NCBI GenBank assembly: GCA_964631145.1
Contig: CAZVXT010000001.1
Location: 127,151 to 191,150 of the forward strand
Reading direction: 5' to 3'
Length of the DNA stretch: 64,000 nt
From: an uncultured Candidatus Saccharibacteria bacterium
GTDB taxonomy: Bacteria > Patescibacteriota > Doudnabacteria > UBA920
The notes under the pieces are model-generated. The model was not told the origin of the DNA and searched no databases. It was given only the letters and a program-made list of their open reading frames with translations. Positions 59,478 to 64,000 of this stretch are shown here, one piece after another (positions within the stretch are counted from its first letter, which is position 1; each line of letters begins with the position of its first letter). The translations under genes were made by a program, and so were the position numbers.

Positions 59478-60014
59478 ATGAAAGCACAAATTTCTAAAGC
59501 CGATAATAACAATAATAATCATATAAATTATATGGAAATTAGAGAAAAGCAACAACAATGGGAAAGCAAAATTTTAATAGTTTATAATTATCTTTTTGGT
59601 ATTCAAGATAGACTAAAAATTTTGAAGCTTAAATCTCCTGTAAAATTTACAAAAGTTCCCGGTATGTTAAGTAATGTAAGTTATATGATGGCTTTGCCAA
59701 AAAAACTAAATCAGTTATTTTATTTAAAAAAACATAATAAACCAATCTATTGGGACCCACAATTTCCTCATAAAGTTCATTGTTATTATGTAAAAAATTC
59801 TGGAAATTTTGAGGCATGTTTTTTAACTCTCGAACAAACAGAAACAATATATTCTACTCTTAAACATTTAGCTGTAAAAGTTTTTGCACACTTACATCAT
59901 GCTGAAAATAATTTAATTAAAGAGTATGGTTACCAAATGTCTTTTGAAACTATAATTTTAGAACAAAATATATTAGGAGGTAGTAATGGCAAATTGGTTA
60001 AAAATAAAATCTGA
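59478..60014 (+). CDS. Hypothetical protein (178 aa)
   Basis: AGGAGGAAAT SD. Confidence 0.5.
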   Translation: MKAQISKADNNNNNHINYMEIREKQQQWESKILIVYNYLFGIQDRLKILKLKSPVKFTKVPGMLSNVSYMMALPKKLNQLFYLKKHNKPIYWDPQFPHKVHCYYVKNSGNFEACFLTLEQTETIYSTLKHLAVKVFAHLHHAENNLIKEYGYQMSFETIILEQNILGGSNGKLVKNKI

Positions 60015-60195
60015 ACATGAGCATCAAGAAAATGAAAGAAAAAGGATAGAGGCAGAAAGGAAGCAGGCAGCAGAGGAAAACAATACTGAGTTGACTGAAA
60101 ATAATACAGCACCGGCTTCTCCTGTTAATCCGAATGATTTTGGCTATAAGTATGATAATACTGTAAATATTCCTTCGGCAGAAATGCCAAGGTGA
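59986..60195 (+). CDS. Hypothetical small protein (69 aa)
   Basis: AGGAGGTAGT SD. Terminator AAGCGACG-ataattt-CGTCGCT + TTTTATTT downstream. Confidence 0.45.
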   Translation: MANWLKIKSEHEHQENERKRIEAERKQAAEENNTELTENNTAPASPVNPNDFGYKYDNTVNIPSAEMPR

Positions 60196-60272
60196 GATAC
60201 TATTTATATTTCTGCCAGTTTGGTAGAAAAAAATAAGCGACGATAATTTCGTCGCTCTTTTATTTATCTTAG

Positions 60273-60770
60273 TTATCTAGCTAATGCAATAGCCTCTTCT
60301 GGTTTTTCAAAAAGCTGTAAAGATTTTTTGATATTTTCTATTGCGAGATGTTCTGGAAAAAATTCTATTATATCGCTAAGCATTTTGGTTCTACAAAGTA
60401 GATATTTTCCAAATTGTTCTTCAGTCAAATTTGTTTTTGCAAATTTAATTTCTTCTGCAAAAAGGCTTGCACATTGCTGATAATGATTTTCTGGACCACA
60501 ATTAATTTCGTGATCAAACCATATCCCGCGCAGGTATAGGGGCACTTCATCAGATATGGCAATTATTTTTGTTTGACTATTTTTGTGTGCAAAATATTTT
60601 GGCGTTTGAATTCCTGCTGCCTGGAAGGCATGACGACTTATCACAAAACAGCTAAAGTCTTTAATGTTATATAAGTCAATGTAACTGTTTATAATAGTTT
60701 TTAGGATAAGCGTAAATTCTTTAGCGACTCTCTCTTTGACCAAAAATTCTTTTATATTCAAAATTGGCAT
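60273..60770 (-). CDS. Hypothetical protein (166 aa)
   Basis: AAGGAGG SD before 'MPILNIKEF' (the track start 60830 is less likely). Confidence 0.5.
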   Translation of the reverse strand: MPILNIKEFLVKERVAKEFTLILKTIINSYIDLYNIKDFSCFVISRHAFQAAGIQTPKYFAHKNSQTKIIAISDEVPLYLRGIWFDHEINCGPENHYQQCASLFAEEIKFAKTNLTEEQFGKYLLCRTKMLSDIIEFFPEHLAIENIKKSLQLFEKPEEAIALAR

Positions 60771-60890
60771 AAAAACCTCCTTAAGTTTTATTCTGGCGTT
60801 TATAATAACAGTTTTGTGTAGTAAAATCAACTCTTGATTTTAAATATTTATTATGTAAAAATAAGTAAAATTTTATGGAGGTAAATTATA

Positions 60891-61366
60891 TGGGATGTGG
60901 AGATAGATATGATGAAGATAGTTATTCCGGTAATTCTTCTAGTGAGTATGAATTGCAAAAGCAGGCTCAAAAATACAAAGAAGATCAGCAAATGACACCG
61001 GTTAGGCAGTGGTTGTGCGATCAATTGCCTGTAAAAATGTTGTCATTGGAGGAATATGAAAAATTATTGAGCAAAGTTTTGCTGGGTCAATTAATTACTC
61101 GTGAAGAGCAAATTAAAATTTTTGTTTATAACTATTCTGAAAAATATAAAGAAAACGAATTTAATAAAAAGCGTTTGCACATAGGCGATGTCGTGTTGTT
61201 AAGACAAGGATATGATGAGTTTGCGTTTATTGTCCAAGAAGTTTACTTTGATGGAACATATAAAGTAACTGGTTATAATACCAAAGAGCAACGAGTAAGT
61301 GGCGAAACCTTAGTAATTAGCCATTATAAAGAAGTTTTGCAATATGCGGTAAAGAAAGCGGCATAA
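60891..61366 (+). CDS. Hypothetical protein
   Basis: ATGGAGGTAAAT SD before the ATG at 60891. Two terminator hairpins downstream. Confidence 0.5.
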
Positions 61367-61452
61367 TTTTAAACTGTAATTTTAGAGCATGTATTATTTG
61401 CATGCTCTTTTTTGATAAATAAAAAACACCCATAAAGGGTGTTTTAAATAAA

Positions 61453-63372
61453 TTAAACTTCTATAACAACAGGTAAAATCATTGGATGGCGTTGGGTTTT
61501 TTGGAATAAATATTCTCCCACTTCATCACGAATTTGTTGACGCAAATTGGTCCAGCTTTGTTCGCCTTTGCCTTTATTGCTTTCAATCATTTTTCGAATT
61601 TCGTGTTTTACCTCTCTAATAAGATCATCATTACTCTTCATGTAAACAAACCCTCGAGATAAAATTTCTGGTTGATTTACAAGTTTGCCGGTATGGCGGT
61701 CCACGGTTGCGATAATTACAAACATACCATCTTGAGCCATAGCTTGACGGTCACGGATAACAACTTCACCGACATCGCCAACACCAAGTCCATCTACGAA
61801 AACATAGCCAGATGGAATCTTTTCGTTAAGAACTTTAGCTTCACCACGTTGGTTGATTTCTAATATAGAACCATTTTCCAACAGGAAGCTATTTTCTTCT
61901 GGAATTCCGATACTGGTAGCTAATTTTGCGTGAGCTGCAAGCATGTGAAGCTCTCCGTGTATCGGCACAAAGTACTTTGGCTTAACAAGCTGCATCATCA
62001 TCTTTAATTCTTCTTGTTGACCATGTCCACCAGTGTGAATATCTAAAATTTTATTATAAATAACGTTAGCGCCAGCGCGAGTAAGATTATCAAGTACTGT
62101 TACAATAGAGCGTTCATTACCTGGAATGGTAGATGCAGAAATTACAACAGTGTCACCCTTTTTGATTTTTACAAAACGGTGTTCGCCTCTAGACATGCGA
62201 GCTAATTGTGAACTTTCTTCACCTTGTCCACCAGTTGATAAAATTAAAATTTGATTATCAGGGTATTTAGCTGCTTGTTCTGATTTGATAATTATTTTCG
62301 GTTGAATTGTTATGTAGCCTAAGCTAAGAGCAGTTTCTATTGTATTAACAATAGAGCGACCAGTAATAATAACTTTACGGTTATGTTTTGCAGCCAAATC
62401 TAGTACTTGCTGTATACGAGCAATCAAAGAAGAGAAGCTGGTAAAGACAATTCTACCTTTGGCATCAGAAAAGATGCGATCAATAGTTACGCCAATTTCT
62501 CGTTCTGACTGAGAATATCCAGGTTTGATAGCATTGGTAGAGTCGCTCATTAAAGCAAGAACGCCTTCGCCGCCATACATTGCCAGTTTTTGAAATTCTG
62601 TTTGAACTTCGTTTACTGGAGTGTGATCAAATTTCCAATCTCCCGTATGAATAACTTGTCCGATAGGAGTTTTGATACACAATCCCATAGAATCTGGAAT
62701 GTTGTGATTAACAGCAAAAAAGTTAACGCGAAAATTTCCAAGAGGAAGACTATCGTCTAATTGTACAACATTAATACGTGCTCGGTTTTCTAAGTTAAAT
62801 TCTTCTAGACGTTTTTTGATCATCCCTGCAGAAAGCTTTAGTGTATAAATTGGAGGATCTCCAAGTTTACCTAACAAGTAGGGAATAGCACCAATGTGGT
62901 CCATGTGTCCGTGGGTAACAAAAAGTCCGCGGATGTTTTTTCGCTTTTCTTCTAAGTATTTAGTTTCTGGAATAATATAATCAATACCTGGTGTATCGTC
63001 ACCAGGAAAAGCAAAACCGGCGTCAACAATAATAATGTCATCGCCAAATTCATATGCCATCATATTAGCACCGACTTCTTCAAGTCCACCTAATGGGATA
63101 ATGCGAAGAGTATCTCTGGATACTGTAAAAGCGCTGTTGCCTGGTGCAACTAAGTTTTTGCTTGGTATATGATTGTTGGTAGAGCTGCGACTTGGGTTTA
63201 AGCTACGATTAGTAGTTTTAAAGTTAGATCTGCTTGCAGCCATTTTACGAGGACTGCGAGGTCCTTTGCTATTTGGCTTTGCGTTATTAGCGCGCATTGG
63301 TTTTGAATTGTTAGCAGTGCTATTAGCAGCTGCTGGTTTTCTCATTGCATTCATGTTTAAAAGTATATGCAC
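61453..63372 (-). CDS. rnj: Ribonuclease J (metallo-beta-lactamase + beta-CASP) with a basic low-complexity N-terminal extension
   Basis: 'THGHMDHIGA' (HxHxDH). 'GDW' and 'HTGGHG' beta-CASP motifs. ~85-aa K/R/S/N-rich N-terminal tail. The exact start is uncertain. Confidence 0.85.
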   Translation of the reverse strand: MHILLNMNAMRKPAAANSTANNSKPMRANNAKPNSKGPRSPRKMAASRSNFKTTNRSLNPSRSSTNNHIPSKNLVAPGNSAFTVSRDTLRIIPLGGLEEVGANMMAYEFGDDIIIVDAGFAFPGDDTPGIDYIIPETKYLEEKRKNIRGLFVTHGHMDHIGAIPYLLGKLGDPPIYTLKLSAGMIKKRLEEFNLENRARINVVQLDDSLPLGNFRVNFFAVNHNIPDSMGLCIKTPIGQVIHTGDWKFDHTPVNEVQTEFQKLAMYGGEGVLALMSDSTNAIKPGYSQSEREIGVTIDRIFSDAKGRIVFTSFSSLIARIQQVLDLAAKHNRKVIITGRSIVNTIETALSLGYITIQPKIIIKSEQAAKYPDNQILILSTGGQGEESSQLARMSRGEHRFVKIKKGDTVVISASTIPGNERSIVTVLDNLTRAGANVIYNKILDIHTGGHGQQEELKMMMQLVKPKYFVPIHGELHMLAAHAKLATSIGIPEENSFLLENGSILEINQRGEAKVLNEKIPSGYVFVDGLGVGDVGEVVIRDRQAMAQDGMFVIIATVDRHTGKLVNQPEILSRGFVYMKSNDDLIREVKHEIRKMIESNKGKGEQSWTNLRQQIRDEVGEYLFQKTQRHPMILPVVIEV

Positions 63373-64000
63373 TTAGAAAAACTTTGGATTTCTTGATAAT
63401 AAATTTATGACTATGCCTCTGTAAAAAAGTACTTGTCAGACAAGTGCAAAATAAATTTATTTTGATTTATATCTTCCGGAAAATCTTTATGATATTAAAG
63501 ATATCCAAAGCTTTCTATTAATTTTTGATTTTGTGTCAAAGAACTAAATGATATTTAAAAATGGCAAAATAAAAAGTTCCCAATTAAATATAATAAGTTT
63601 TTGTATCAAGAGAAGTGGCTTCCGGGGCCGCCTTCAAGTGATTTGAGATTGCATAATGTATGCAATTAACACATGGATGGTTACTTTCTAAAGTTAGAAA
63701 ATAAACTAACATGTGGTAACTGATAAAACAAGTATAGCAATATTGGACAGTTTTGTCAAAGATTTTGCTGTTTTTTGGCTTATTTAAAGGCTTTTTATGA
63801 TATAAAAAATTCGACAAAATATTGTCGAATTATGCGAATATAAAAACTCATTTATCTGAGATAAACAAGAATAACTTTTCTTTGAAAATTATATAATCAG
63901 TAAAAAAATGATTTGGATATAGAGTTTTGATTTGGGCAAATAAGAATCTTTCTATTTTACAACAAATTGAATACCATTTTTCATGCCAATCCTGGTAGGT

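Noticed and set aside
63618-63645. GC-rich patch, considered as SRP RNA/4.5S ('CCGGAAG' resemblance to domain IV)
   Set aside because: No extended helix or conserved GGAA/AGCAGCCA motifs could be assembled by eye. It is left as an unassigned possible sRNA in the findings, not called as a feature.
63584-63817. ORF (77 aa, minus strand) in the AT-rich region upstream of rnj
   Set aside because: No SD, low-complexity and AT-rich, and it overlaps the putative rnj promoter region. It is most likely spurious.
1-64000. CRISPR arrays, rRNA genes, IS/transposase genes
   Set aside because: No regularly spaced short repeats, no rRNA-like conserved blocks and no DDE transposase-like ORFs were seen. The only recombinase is the large serine recombinase at 48147-49796.

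Overview
This is a low-GC (~35%) bacterial chromosomal segment. The standard genetic code is in use (TGA acts as a stop) and AGGAGG-type Shine-Dalgarno sites precede almost all host genes. The gene content and style are compatible with an uncultured, small-genome lineage (CPR/Patescibacteria-like or a reduced Firmicutes-like organism), but I cannot assign taxonomy from the sequence alone.

Housekeeping genes present: valS (with a T-box-like leader), tsaD, trxB, efp, the rpsF-ssb-rpsR cluster, ychF, trpS, a phosphohexomutase, rnj, a malic enzyme and one tRNA-Glu(UUC).

Layout by position:
- 1-17.4 kb: two giant repetitive surface proteins (>2421 aa, 5'-truncated, and 3000 aa) flanking a class-A beta-lactamase-like serine hydrolase.
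- 17.5-22.4 kb: a dockerin-bearing secreted protein, two cohesin-like membrane-anchored proteins and an orphan CHASE sensor.
- 26.3-28.2 kb: a NOX/ferric-reductase-type flavocytochrome next to an extracytoplasmic cytochrome-b5-like lipoprotein.
- 31.0-36.6 kb: a Fur-family regulator divergent from an operon that includes a COG0523 (CobW-like) GTPase.
- 37.9-40.65 kb: a small islet bracketed by ~75-bp direct repeats and stacked tRNA 3'-end remnants next to tRNA-Glu. It carries a DUF4238-like/SEC-C protein and a small 3-TM protein, a candidate defence or abortive-infection cargo.
- ~48.1-55.3 kb: a GC-richer integrated element at the 5' end of ychF. It encodes a large serine recombinase, an Xis-like HTH, a Rep_trans/MobT-like initiator, an Erm-family 23S rRNA methyltransferase and an APH-family kinase, so it looks like an integrative mobilizable resistance element.

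All calls rest on motif recognition by eye. No database searches were run.
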